Of a DNA stretch of 64,000 nt, positions 22,490 through 34,320 are shown piece after piece; position 1 is the stretch's first letter; each line of letters opens with the position of its first letter. The stretch covers positions 22,320,001-22,384,000 of the forward strand of contig OZ249447.1 in NCBI GenBank assembly GCA_965235115.1, given 5' to 3'. This DNA comes from Laetmonice hystrix. Its lineage: Eukaryota. The translations under genes and the position numbers were made by a program. The notes beneath the pieces are model-generated. The model was not told where the DNA came from, ran no database searches, and saw nothing but the letters and a program-made list of their open reading frames with translations.

Positions 22490-25200
22490 CGGCAAGTAAA
22501 ATCTTTATTTAAACAGTCCAATGTTTTTATCACTTACATCAGTGTTAAGTGTTTTGTGCTTAAAGCATTTGGACAATACTTGCAATGAAAGCAACGTTCA
22601 CCTCACACAAATGGCGACTGAGGAGACTATTAAGTAGCTTGTATTTGCATAAGTGGTCTGGTTTGAAAATGGCTTTAGATTCGGGCACGAATGTAGTAGA
22701 AAATATTTGCTGTTTTTGTTGGCGCTCGTTATTTTGCTGGAACGATGAGGTTTGTAGATGACTTGGGGAGAAGTAGTACGTATAGCTCATGCTAAACTCG
22801 TACCTGCCCTGGGGCGTCACTACCAGCAACACAAGTAGTCGTGATGTCACGACTAACTTTTGACACTGAAACATGTAGCTAAGTTGACGCTCGTTCCTAA
22901 GGCCATTAGCCCACCAGGATCCCATCCATCAAATGTTGAAAAATATTACCAGTGGTTGGCTTTTAGCGTAAGAGCTTTTGTCTTTAGCGGGTCGACCAGC
23001 TTTTTTGTCTAGAAATCGAATGTATTTCATATTGTTTAATTGAATGCCGGAGATAATCATATTTAGTTGTAAAAGTGACGTGTTTTTTTTGTGACTCCCA
23101 TAGGGAGGAAAACGTGTGATTGCTCGTGTTTCCTTCGCTCATTGCTGGTGCCGCTTCAATGAATAATTCATGTGGATTGAAACAGCTGAGAAATGTTACC
23201 CGGAGGCCGTGATACCAATGTGGAATAGAAACGTTAGGAGAGTCGCGAGTCGCGGTGGTAGGTTCCTTATATAGTTTTTGTAGATGCTGGTGACAGCTGC
23301 CATCCATCATGTTACATATGATATCGGATGGGTAGAGGCTATATGATCCCCATGTGCTCATACATCACGAGTAGCTCTTTGATGTAACCCAGCCACCTGA
23401 ACATTGGATTAGGACAGTCCGATAAGCCGGGTTCACAGGCCACTCACAGGGGGGTCCCACACTGCCGGGTCCCGTATATGAAACTAGACCAGCATGAGGC
23501 ATATTAAACACAGATATGCTTATACTAGAGGTGGCGCCCCGGGGCATATCAGTCAGGGCCATGGCCGGGTTATCAACCTCTGCACAGACGTATTGCAGCG
23601 GTAGGGGCCAATAACACGCAGTGCCCAGCCAGCCTGCAGAAATGTGACATTTTCATATACTTCTCAGGGTATACTACTTGCAAGGCATTAAGGTTTAATG
23701 CGAGAGTCCAGGGCCTTGCTGACTCTGCCACAGGGGAGTGGGGAAAGTCAAAGGGACCACAAGAGAGGATAGATTTGATGTCAGTCCTACCTGCCAATTG
23801 CCTGACATTTCTGCCCCGTCGTAACATCCTGTCCATTTCTAGATGAAACACAGAGAGACCTCTCATCTTTCAGGCGTTTGCCCTAACACGTGCTTTGCCC
23901 TTCGCTCTCCAAGTATCCAGCCAAGTCTGAGTGCAATCACCATTTTATGGCCCCTACTGCTTGGATGCCGAGAAGTAAAAGTATTTGGTGCCAACTCTGC
24001 ATCACTTAACCTCCCCACGCCAGCTCCCTGTGTCACTATACTGAAATCCGTTCGCCAAGATTTATCGTTCTCAACTCCCAAAAGGTACGGGAGTTATAAA
24101 TTTTTGATTCCAGATTCCATTAGAACTTCTCCAGCAGTGGGGTTTTTTATGGGCAGGATCATCTTCTTAGTAGATTCCGTGTGAAGATTACCGAAGGTCA
24201 CCATTAAAAGCTAGTGGTTGCCCTCGGAAATGAGCTTATAATACCCTCACAGGGGGATTAGTTGGGATTAGCCAAGGATGGATAAGTATGTGACTTTAGT
24301 GCCCTCAGGCAAGACAAGGTTATATGGACGGCGAAACGTCGCAAATAAAGCTGCAACTAGTTTCGCTGACTCCATTGGAGTTGATTAAAACGGTTCCATC
24401 CATTACCAGTAAGGGGGCCTGGTTATCAAAAAATAAGGGGGGGGGGGTGAAGAGGAAATGGGGAAAAAATGAGTCACCCCTAAACATTTCAAATATATTG
24501 TAAGGGCAGGAAAGTGCAAGCAATTGTCAGCGTATTTAACATGTGGCCATCGTATTACGACATTATAATGTCGCTTTTCAAGGTGTATTAATCTTCACGT
24601 TATGACTTAGAGGTCGGAATTAAAAAGATATTTGTTATTGTGTGAGGTATCGTGGAGGCACAAGACGGTGACTTTTAGTGGTATGATGGCCGTGTGGTAT
24701 GTGGTGGTGGTGGGGGGGGGGGCGCCCGCCGGGGGCCATCCCCCCCAGGTATGGTGACGGTTTTCTCACAGTACCACATCAAAGGTTACCTTGCTGTTAA
24801 CGTCCGGTCCGTCGCTCATCATTGTGTGAGTACACCTCCCAGCGGTGACCTAATTAGTGGCAATAAACAGGGAAACGTGGGTGGCGGTCGGTGGAGTCGG
24901 CCCAAGCTCAACCAATGGGGTAGTGGATGGAAGAGTTTTGTGATGAAGACCAATCAAGAGGGTACTTGAGTCGGTGGCGTGGGAGTCGCCGGTAGGGAGG
25001 AGGGAGCGGGAAGGGGGCTGAAAAGGCCAATGATGTTTTTGCATGCGGGTGGTCTTTTGTAAGTTAAGGTGAGCGTCAGAGGTGTGTTCTGTAATGGTGT
25101 GGCTGACAGGTAGGTGTTAACGGGTGCCAAAGGTGAGCATGGCGCTGGCACAATGGGTGGCCATTTGGGTTACCACGTTATACAGTGATCAATAACGGCC
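22490..25200 (-). mobile_element. Decayed CR1/L2-like LINE, ORF2 through to the 3' end
   Basis: Ordered motifs: TYKRPP (EN, ~25050), DKSWRTDFSI and ELAPNTFTS (~24050), DIKSILSCGPF, RTVLIQCSG..*CMSTWGSYSLYP (like PQGS.LGP, ~23360), KHVTFTTKYDYL, STNLIVPAK*RAPTKTANIFYY (3' end). AATAAA at ~22510. Confidence 0.55.
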
Positions 25201-25949
25201 TTCAGGAGTGGTCCTTTAATGTATGAGGGCGTGATGCCACCAGTAGCCCTGAGTGAGTGGCACAGTCCAGTGGTGTAACACACCTGTATACGGACCACCA
25301 CTGACGACACATATATATTTCATGGTTAGGTAATAAGCGCTAATCAGTGTCAGTGAACTATGATGAACCGTACAGGCGAGGTATGAGAAGGGACACAATG
25401 GGTGCAGGTGTAGCAATTCTAGTCGTAACTGACCGTCACAGGTCTGGCCAGTCTTATATGGCTGACAGAAACCTCAGGCAGCTCCGCCTGATTGATGACC
25501 CCTAAATGTCACGCACCATCGGCGAGCAATTTGAAATGGCGTTCAGAAGAGGAAACGCGCTTCACGGCGGAGGATTGGTCGGAGTTGTGGATCTACTGTT
25601 AATGACAAAGTGAGAGCATGAACGATCGCCACCGACCACACACAGGAATACACATAGCAAATAATGGATACTTTGTTCAGGTACCATTATCCAATACAAG
25701 AGACATGATAGAGAGAAAAGTTCGGCGTCAGCTGGCAGGAACGTTTCGGGAGACACAAAGGTAGCGGCGCACAATGCAACTGAGAAGTCGGTGAAAATAA
25801 GGTTGGAGAATTTTATGTGAGCAACGTTATGAAAATGATGCAGTTAGTGTCAGTGAAAGCTGTCATTACGTGTGAGGCCGATTTCTTCCACTGAATGGGC
25901 GGAGTCATCAATTGGCTGGGAGGGAGTAAAATACCGATCGTTTTAGGTG

Positions 25950-27450
25950 CACGTATCGATCAGTGGTTCTAGAGCGGTGGTGCTGGTGGTAGCGGTGGTG
26001 CTGGTGGTAGCAGTGGGGGTGGGAGTTGGTGGTGTGCTGAAGGTTATCTAGGCTCAGAAGAGATCGCAGTACAATGTTATATTGATCATGAAATGATCCA
26101 GCATGGAGAAGCGCCACACATCCAGTCCTGGTCCATCTGCATTGTCCCAGCCGTAACAAGGCGAAATCCATTCGTTCTGTGAACAGGAATGAAGCAAACA
26201 GATGCCGAGCTTCTTGTTTTTTTTGTATTGGTGAAGGATGATCATGCAACACAAGAAGCAGAAGTAGAGTTTGCGTGGTTGATTTCTATCTCATCCGTAG
26301 AGCAAACGCACGGACTGTGTAGAGATTTGTTGTCAAAGAGATGACAAAACACAGAAATGAATGTGTGTGAGATTGCGTCAGTAATCAATAGTCGAACGGC
26401 AGTAATTGATACTCAAGCATAATTGAAAAATCAAAACAAAGTGCACCATTTGAATAAGTAAGAAGCAAATATGACAGTGATAGTGGAAATCCACCTTAAA
26501 AGCCAGCTGGGATCTATATTAATGTCAGAAACCTACGCTATCTTTCGCAGAAAGCATGGCTGTCATACTGATTCCTGGTGTAAAATAGAAAAGGCATGAA
26601 GATTTAATGGGGCATGTTGGTGAAAAATCACCATTCAATGCCGCTTCCACCCCTGTCAGTGTCGGCGTAGTTAGATCTTTTTGAATCCATCACGTTCATT
26701 AATGGGCTGGTTGACAGTATGTACAGTAGAGGCCAGCGGAGCGGCTCACACAGACAATACGAGGATATAGAAGGCAGCTACCGCATTTAATTAGCTGCAA
26801 ATATTGAATAAACTCCTCGAATCAGATAGCCACATTATGTCGTCACAACTGCTGATGGTCTTCTAACAGCAGCCACAGCAGGAAACTTGTAAATGATATT
26901 TAGCAAATCATACTTCAATATTGTTCGATTCTGTAATACATAGCTACTCGAAATAGTAGCTGTTATCGGAATAGGCAGTGGATTCCCTTTCAGCACCAAG
27001 TTCATTTGCTGAAGGGCACTGTGCAGCTGCCGTGAGTTTATCAGATGGGATGCTTAATTTATTTTCCGTTCGATGGCGGGATTGGATTACCTGGAGTATT
27101 GGCTGCAGGTAGGGAGGGGAGACCGGGACTCGTGGCAGCGCTGTGCCATTGAGCCGCCGGTAGCAGTACGGTATTGGTCGGTAGTAGTACATGGTGGAGG
27201 GTGAGGAGTAGGGACTCATGGCAGCGCTGTGCCATTGAGCCGCCGGTAGCAATACGGTATTGGCCGGTAGTAGTACATGTTGGAGGGTGGAGGAGTAGGG
27301 ACTCATGGCAGCGCTGTGCCATTGAGCCGCCGGTAGCAGTACGGTATTGGTCGGTAGTAGTACATGGTGGAGGGGGAGGAGTAGTATGTGGGGGTCGGGT
27401 ACCGCCGGGTCGGCGTCTGTCGCGGCAGGGTGTTAGTTTCAACTGGATCT
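25950..27450 (-). mobile_element. Decayed L2-like LINE, RT 3' half
   Basis: RRLNGTALP (like GI.GTAL.W), AYSDNSYY (like YADDTQLY), CDDIMWLSD, LSINYCRSTI (like SRLDYCNSL), QQISTQSVRLL, HDHPSPIQK (like DHITPIL), RMDFALL. Confidence 0.55.
27125..27385. repeat. Tandem repeat, 86-87 bp x 3, inside the L2 remnant
   Basis: Units start (gggactc) at 27125, 27211 and 27298. Confidence 0.92.
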
Positions 27451-28310
27451 CAGGGAGTTGACGGCATTGATCAGGGAATTTACAGCCGTGTTTCTCGTTT
27501 AATTGAAGGCTTTACATATAAAATGTGTCGTAATGACTTGGGTCTGGCTGTAGATCGCAACTACACGGATGGAGCATTGAAATATTGATGGCAATCTGAC
27601 ACTCCACATATATATACAGGTACACTAGAGGCATGAGGTTAAAGTTAAAAGGCAACATAATTTGGCAGTACGTATTTTAAAATCAACTCAGAATTCAGTC
27701 GAAGAATCGAGCTATATCCCATACTTGTTGCTGAGGAAAAATGATGTGAGCTCTCAGATAAAGCCCGGCCCAGGTAGAGAAGGCCTACCCCAGGTATCAC
27801 CCGAAATACCTATATTGGTACTGTTCATATCAATTTTATTACCTTCAAAACACGGATGGTTCGATGGTGAGGGTACGCCTTCAGACTGTCAGATACACCA
27901 TCCTTTAGTACTCAGTATGACCCCTGCGTACGGCTGATGGTGGCCAGTCTCCTCTATATGGTTGTAAGCTGGTAAATGACCTACAGATGGAGTTTGGATG
28001 ACCTGCAGACAGTAACCGTAATGCAGGTCATCGGAAGGTTTCATAGTGGCAGGTCAGAACCTCGCTATAATGGAGGGATGGTTAGAGTTCGGGTGAGCAT
28101 GGTTCATTTACAGACTCTTGGGAGATTACGCTTATAGAAAGTACATCAGTTTCGGTTTTTACTTGACCAAGATTAGTTACTGAAGTAAGCCACAAACTGG
28201 ATTTACCCTCCATGACGATAGGTATCAAAGATCATGGTAGTATATCATTGTATTACATTAGGACTGTATGAAACGTGAATATCAATCCTAAAGTTCCGAG
28301 AGTAAATCTA

Positions 28311-28538
28311 CATTGATCTGGAAAAACCTAGTAAGTCGAGTTTGTGTCCAATTTGAGTTAGTCTCATTTTTGGACTTACTAGGTTTTGCCCTTTCATATA
28401 GTCCTATAAAGTGATCAGAACTCTACGCAATTCATAGTTCTTGACCTTTGCAGCACCTCAATGGGAGGAATGGTTTGTTTGTTACAATTTTACTCAAAAT
28501 GAGGCAAAATGGACTTGCTAGGTTTTTCCAGATCACTG
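28311..28538. mobile_element. Tc1/mariner-type MITE, 228 bp
   Basis: Inverted arms 28307-28337 and 28512-28542 match at 29/31. Termini are TA|CA(t/g)TG...CACTG|TA, i.e. Tc1-like ends with a TA duplication, and there is an internal copy of ggactt(a/g)ctaggtttt. Confidence 0.7.
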
Positions 28539-31500
28539 TAGAAATGTCCATTTACAACGTCCTCTATATAGTGTGGATTTGTACCATGAGGTAAGTGAAC
28601 ACACAGTAAGGACGGGGACCAGCAGAAACTCCGGTGGTGTGACCCGTGTATATAAACAGACTACACAAGGTACACTGATGGAACCACTCTAAGAACATAC
28701 AGAGGCTGCCCTGGCTGTATAAAAAACCACCAGTCAGACATGACGGGAATACATGGAAACAACGGTACAGAGGTAGAGAGAACATGAGGTCAGCAAAACA
28801 TGACAATACCGTTAAAAAAACTGAAGTCCTACTCACACGAGGCCGAGTACACTGCCAGGGGACTAACCTGTCCCTGCTGGTCAGGTGGACAGGCTTGGAA
28901 TGTGGTGCAGTTCTTTAGTCGGGTTGGCTGACGGTATGGGGAAGGATTCTGAGACAAACGTAAGGTAGTTACTAATTATTGGTTGATGTAAAATATTGTA
29001 TTATAGTTTCAAACAGTTACACACGGTTAGAACACATCAGTCTGGGTACGAATATTGAATGAGATTGTTAATTAACTGGGCTGAGGGACTTATCAGGATG
29101 GCCTAATATTTGAAATGAGGCTCGCTAAATTAGGTCAGCAGGAGGCTTGAGTTTGACCCCATGATACAGAGGTCAGGGGTTGAAGCCATAGTTGGATTTC
29201 TCCGGAATATTTGGCTCCTACACATACTGGCCGCTAGAATTTGACCCGTGGCTATCTGTCGACCGACAAGATAAATAAAAACTGGAAAACTGTTCCAACG
29301 CCCTAGGCAGGAGTCGTGTAGGAATAAACATTTGGATGTCGTTAGTTTGACAGGGCAGTGATCTGATGATAGCCGTGAAATCTGTATCGAATAAAGAAAA
29401 GTCCATTTATAAGTGAAGTCAAAATAAGTTCTGCTATCGTCTAACACAGCGCAAGGATCTGTGACGTACGTAGTGCTAAATTTAGAATGATCCTGAGAAG
29501 TTGGCGAGCTCGTGTTGAACAGAGTCGCACCAAATCTGTGACATGAAGGCATTTTTTCATATTTTCTTCCTAGTTGCTCTCTTTGAATGTTAAAATTAAA
29601 GGAATCGAGTTGTAGCTTTCTTAACATTCAAAATGGCGTCGTAACATTCCAAATGGCTTCTTAACATTTCAAGTGGCTTCTTAACATTTCAAGTGGCTTC
29701 GAGAAAATATCTGTACCATGAATACGTCGAAAGTTTCTGTGATGAATATCTTTATTTCGTCGTCTATAAAAGGAAAAAAAAATTGAAAGCGCACAAGAAC
29801 AAAATACTTTGTACATTATTATATCAAAGTCAAAGTATATCGCTCGCTCACAGAACTGTTCTACCTTTCATGTTAAGAAGACCAAGTATTTTTTCCCCCG
29901 AATCGGTGATGGTTGTCTTTTGATATGGTTTATTTTAAGATGTATATATACACAATGTATATGTATAGCGGCGTAGATAAGGTAGACGCCAGTCGGTCTG
30001 TCCTCTGTCTCCGCATGCTCCCCCCTGTCTCCGTCGTACAGTGCAGCCCCTGATCATTGTTTTTCTCTGATCCCCGAACTGATACATGGCTATGTGTACC
30101 TTTCCACTGGCCTGAACATCACAGATCAATTCAGTCAACAGGGAGTGTGTGTGCGGAGCTTGTGGTCCGCTATCCGCCTCCCTCCGTCCCCACGCCAGCC
30201 GTCCGCCCCTATATTGGACCCGTGGCAGCGAGTGTCAACACTTTGACTGATTGAGCAAAGCTCACAATAGTCATAATACCGACGACCCCCGACTCGCACC
30301 TTATGGCCGCCGCCCACTGTGTGTTCCGCTCGCCAGAGTAAATGTGCTCCAACAGGAGTGATAACAGTAGTTTGATGATAAAGTAGAAGGGCGGTTTATT
30401 GGCCAGGCTGTCACAGGGGCACGCTACACGTGTAGGCAATGGCGCGCTGGCTTGTAAGACAAATGCCACTGTTGGTGATACTGATGAAATCATGGCCAGG
30501 TGAATGGCCAGGCTGCCTCAGTACTACTGGGTGGATAGTGGCTTGGTGGGGGGAGTTCTGCTGTCAACGGTCCAGGTAGCACTCCATCAACTTATCTGCC
30601 AGGTTGATGAAAGTTAATTATACCTTTAATATTATACAAAGTTCAGAGTTGCAACTCGTGGTGCTGGTCCTGTGGCAGAGGGAAAAGTGTCAACCTGTTA
30701 GTGACATCAAACTGCTGTGTCAATGGTAGAGATCCTAGACAGAGTGAGTTATATGAAGAAACCTTAAAAACAAAATTAAGAATGGAGCGTAGAAAACTGT
30801 TGACACGAAACTGTTTAACCTTAAAGAGGATGCCCCTTGAAAAGGTCACCATGTAATTGCTTACACAACTACGACGAAGTTTTACACGAAGTATCGTTTT
30901 CTAGATGCCGTTCTCTGCTCATTCAGTTATCCCCACGTTTTTTAACATCTATGCTCCTCCTATGTGCGTGTGCTTTGTGACCTACAATCATACATTCCCT
31001 CATTAGATTCATCAAAGGGATGACTTGTTCCGTTATAAAACGACGCTTTCTGCCAGTCTCTGCTGCCCGAGGCCATCAAGTAGAAGGATCAATAGGAATT
31101 ACCACACAACCCTCCCTTACCCTTGTTAACTGCCTTGAGGCAGTAGCATTTATTGAGAAAGTATAGTTCTACCTTTGTATGCGCTGAACCACGTTTCATT
31201 GCCACATTAGTAGAATGATAAATTTACTATAGGCAGTAGCTTTTCTCATTAAAGGGACAAGATAAATATGAAGCTGAAGTGTATTTATTAAATTGAAGCA
31301 ACTTCTCTATTGCTCTGTTCCAAAGAGAGTTTCATTATCCAGGTAAGCTCCTATGCCGGGAGGCCTGCCCACTGAAGCTGGTAACTCAGTACTATTAAAG
31401 TGAAAAGGGAAGGGTTCAGTTTGTTCGCAGTGGGTTGATTTGATAAAAGAAAAGGCTTTAATTAGGCACATAGGAAGATAACGTGGCAGTTAGCATAGGT

Positions 31501-31694
31501 TTTACAGATTATTAAATCCCTCAGAAACGATAGTGTGAGACATTGTCATTGGTCACATTTCAAACATTATATTCTTATCGTAAACTCCATGTGTATTCAG
31601 CTTGTATCAGGATAGAAAATTCTCCATGAGATGTAAGCCATTGTTCCGACCAGAAAACCCATGTTAATGTTTGCTATGTCTGCTATGATTGCAG

Positions 31695-31948
31695 GTAAAT
31701 GGCCAGGACTTGTCGCAGTCGAGCCATGAAGAAGCAGTAGAAGCGTTTCGTACCGCCAAGGAGCCAATAGTTGTAGAGGTTCTGCGCCGTGTCAGTAAAC
31801 CAAGCAAGATGAAGTCTCAGACAGCACCCTCGCCACCCATGGTATCCACGGCCACCCAAACTGATGATTACCTAGACGACATGCCATACTACGGTCTCTA
31901 TAGCGACGGCGACCCGGAGACAGAGTTCTACGCATTCAATGGCAATGG
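31695..31948 (+). CDS. PDZRN3/4: Coding exon of a PDZ domain-containing RING finger protein 3/4 (LNX3/4) homologue: C-terminal half of PDZ1 plus linker
   Basis: [32 protein letters not shown] matches the family motif [27 protein letters not shown] and is followed by STATQTD (family: DTGTQTD). Acceptor ttgcag| is phase 0; donor GG|gtgagt is phase 2. Confidence 0.92.
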
Positions 31949-33006
31949 GTGAGTTCCGGTTTTGTTTCTTCTTAACCAGTCATGAGAGAATCTGAAAAGC
32001 AGTGTCCGTTGTTCCAACATGAGTTGGATAGACAGCGTTGAAATACCTTCCAGTGTTCTCATTCTCCACAAAGCGGTGTCACGTGTACGTGGCTGTGTGA
32101 AGCTAGCAGCGACGCTTCCATTCCGTGTTAATTTGTTGAAAGAAATGACAGGTACACGTCATTTCCCGTCATTGTAGGAGAGACTGAAAGCTGATACAAA
32201 ACAAGTGAGAGGAAGAAGATTAGATACTACAATGTGATCTACACCATTTTGTCAACACAACTACTAAAAATCAGGAGCAGACGATTTTTAGCGTAACAGA
32301 ATGTTCTCTTAAATTCCTATTGAAATTCTAGGCTGCCTCCGTTTGAATATTCTCATTGATTTGATCTAAGTTCAGTGATATCAGGTGGGAAGTGGTAGTA
32401 TCCTTTAATACCACGATGTCTATTTATAGGTTAGGCCCAGTCCTAGCTTGATTAATGAGTTATTGATTGATGATTGATTTGACTGGTTGAATGATTGGGT
32501 CAGTGTTGTAAGGCAGGTTGCGCATCAATAGTTGATCACAATGCTTTGTGGATAAGTGGTGTTCCAACACCAAGACAACTGAAAGAGCATCATAAACAAA
32601 CATAAATATAGGCAGCAGGCAGGCCCTGAAGGCTGAATATATCTGAATTTACAAACAGTCCAGGTCCACAGCAAGAGGATGGCCCTTGTGGGACCAGGGA
32701 TCCCCTGACATGACTTGGTGGATTCCTTCGATATAAATATGGCCTACGGTTGTTCACATGACGATAAGTCACCGTTCACCAGTTTTTTTTGTTGTTCACG
32801 GTAGAATTTGTCAGTCCATTTATTATTGATTGTTCAGAACGGTTATGATACACGAAAACGCCCTTTAGATTGAGTTTATTTAGGAAAAGCATGAACAGGA
32901 GCTGTATCAGGTGAATAGACTATAGGTGATATAGGTGAGGGCTGACTTCGGTATTAGGTGCCAGTCAAGTGTATCAGATATAATACAGCAAGGAACTGTT
33001 CCCTTG

Positions 33007-33158
33007 CAGTGGTGTAGGAAAGAACAAAATAGGGGGGGGGGGGGCAGAAGTGACGTCACAATGACTTGCGACGACGACTCTGCATTGAGTCTGTGGCTAT
33101 TTTATAAATATTGGGGGGGGGGGGCAGCCCCCTCTGCCCCCAGCTTCCTGTGCCACTG
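33007..33158. mobile_element. Small MITE-like element (152 bp) with CAGTGG termini
   Basis: Left end cagtggtgtaggaa versus reverse complement of right end cagtggcacaggaa (11/14). Subterminal G runs; ccttg flanks both ends (33002-33006, 33159-33163). Confidence 0.55.
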
Positions 33159-33950
33159 CCTTGTTTATGTAGACAACCAACCTTTGAAGCAACAGTGAAT
33201 CAGGCAATTTTTTTACTAGCGGAAATATAAACTGCGCTAATCCTGGTAACATTGCCGTTATGGAATGTAAATATGCAGTATCGGAAGGGTAACTTGTTTA
33301 TTGGGATCAGACTGATAGCGAATTATTGCCTCCGACGTGAGTCCATCTAAATACGTAACGACGTGTCATATCTAAACATACGGATTCAGGTAGGGGATGG
33401 GAAGATCATGATATCTGTATGATAAGATACAAACGTAAAGCTCGCTCAGCTCAGGGTCGCAGGTGGTCTGATAGACGGTAGTCGTGCAGCAGGTGCAGAC
33501 GATAGCCTTTACCTTAGCGGATACATTGGTAGTTTAGCAAAGATGGCCCGTTTACATTGTCAGTTTGAGCGTCATCCATCAGGCGGCTTGATGAGGCTTG
33601 CTGCCTCGATCAATATTGACGGTGGCAGTGACACGTTCCCCCTACCTGGTCGGTTACAAACCGACACAGCACCCGCCCACTCGGCTAAGTGCACACAATA
33701 CCATGCTTACACAAATGATAGATCCCTTCCTGCCAACCAGCCATCTATCAAAGCATTCCATTTAGTACGTTACATTTAACAAACTAGACTTAGATTCCAA
33801 TGTATCTTCAAGAATTTTAGCCCGCCTTTTTAAAAACCAGTATCTGACTTGTTTTTGTAAGTTTACAGAGTCGAAATGTAAAGAGTAAAGGAGATATTTA
33901 CAAACATCTTGCGTTCAATGAGAATGGCGGGTTCTGGGTTGAGCGTGGAG

Positions 33951-34051
33951 GTGTTTGGTGACTGGACGGGTTGTGTGGTGGTGGTGTTTGGTGACTGGAC
34001 GGGTTGTGTGGTGGTGGTGTTTGGTGACTGGACGGGTTGTGTGGTGGTGGT
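33951..34051. repeat. Minisatellite, 33 bp x 3
   Basis: Unit gtgtttggtgactggacgggttgtgtggtggtg. Confidence 0.92.
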
Positions 34052-34170
34052 GCCGAGCGGGCAGAGCGTGGTACCAGGGGCCACACCTGAGCCACACCCA
34101 CACCCAGGTAATTGTTGGCACCAGAAGGACGAGATGTTCTCCCCGTTCATGGCACACCTCGGCGTCTCAG

Positions 34171-34320
34171 CTGTCAACGCTCCAAGATGGATGAGACGCC
34201 ACTGAGACTCAGCGTCCCCCTCCCACACCAACCATCCTCCTCTACCTCCTCCTCCGTCAGCAGCCACGGCGGATGGAGACAGACGCCGTCACAGCGAGTT
34301 GTACCATCAGTTACCCACCT
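34171..34320 (+). CDS. Candidate in-frame cassette exon (150 nt, phase 2/2) or alternative first exon of the PDZRN3/4-like gene
   Basis: tctcag| acceptor and CCT|gtaaga donor. The exon is stop-free in the frame linking 31948 to 60869 (CQRSKMDETPLRLSVPLPHQPSSSTSSSVSSHGGWRQTPSQRVVPSVTHL) and has an internal Kozak-like aagATGg at 34187. No homology support. Confidence 0.3.
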
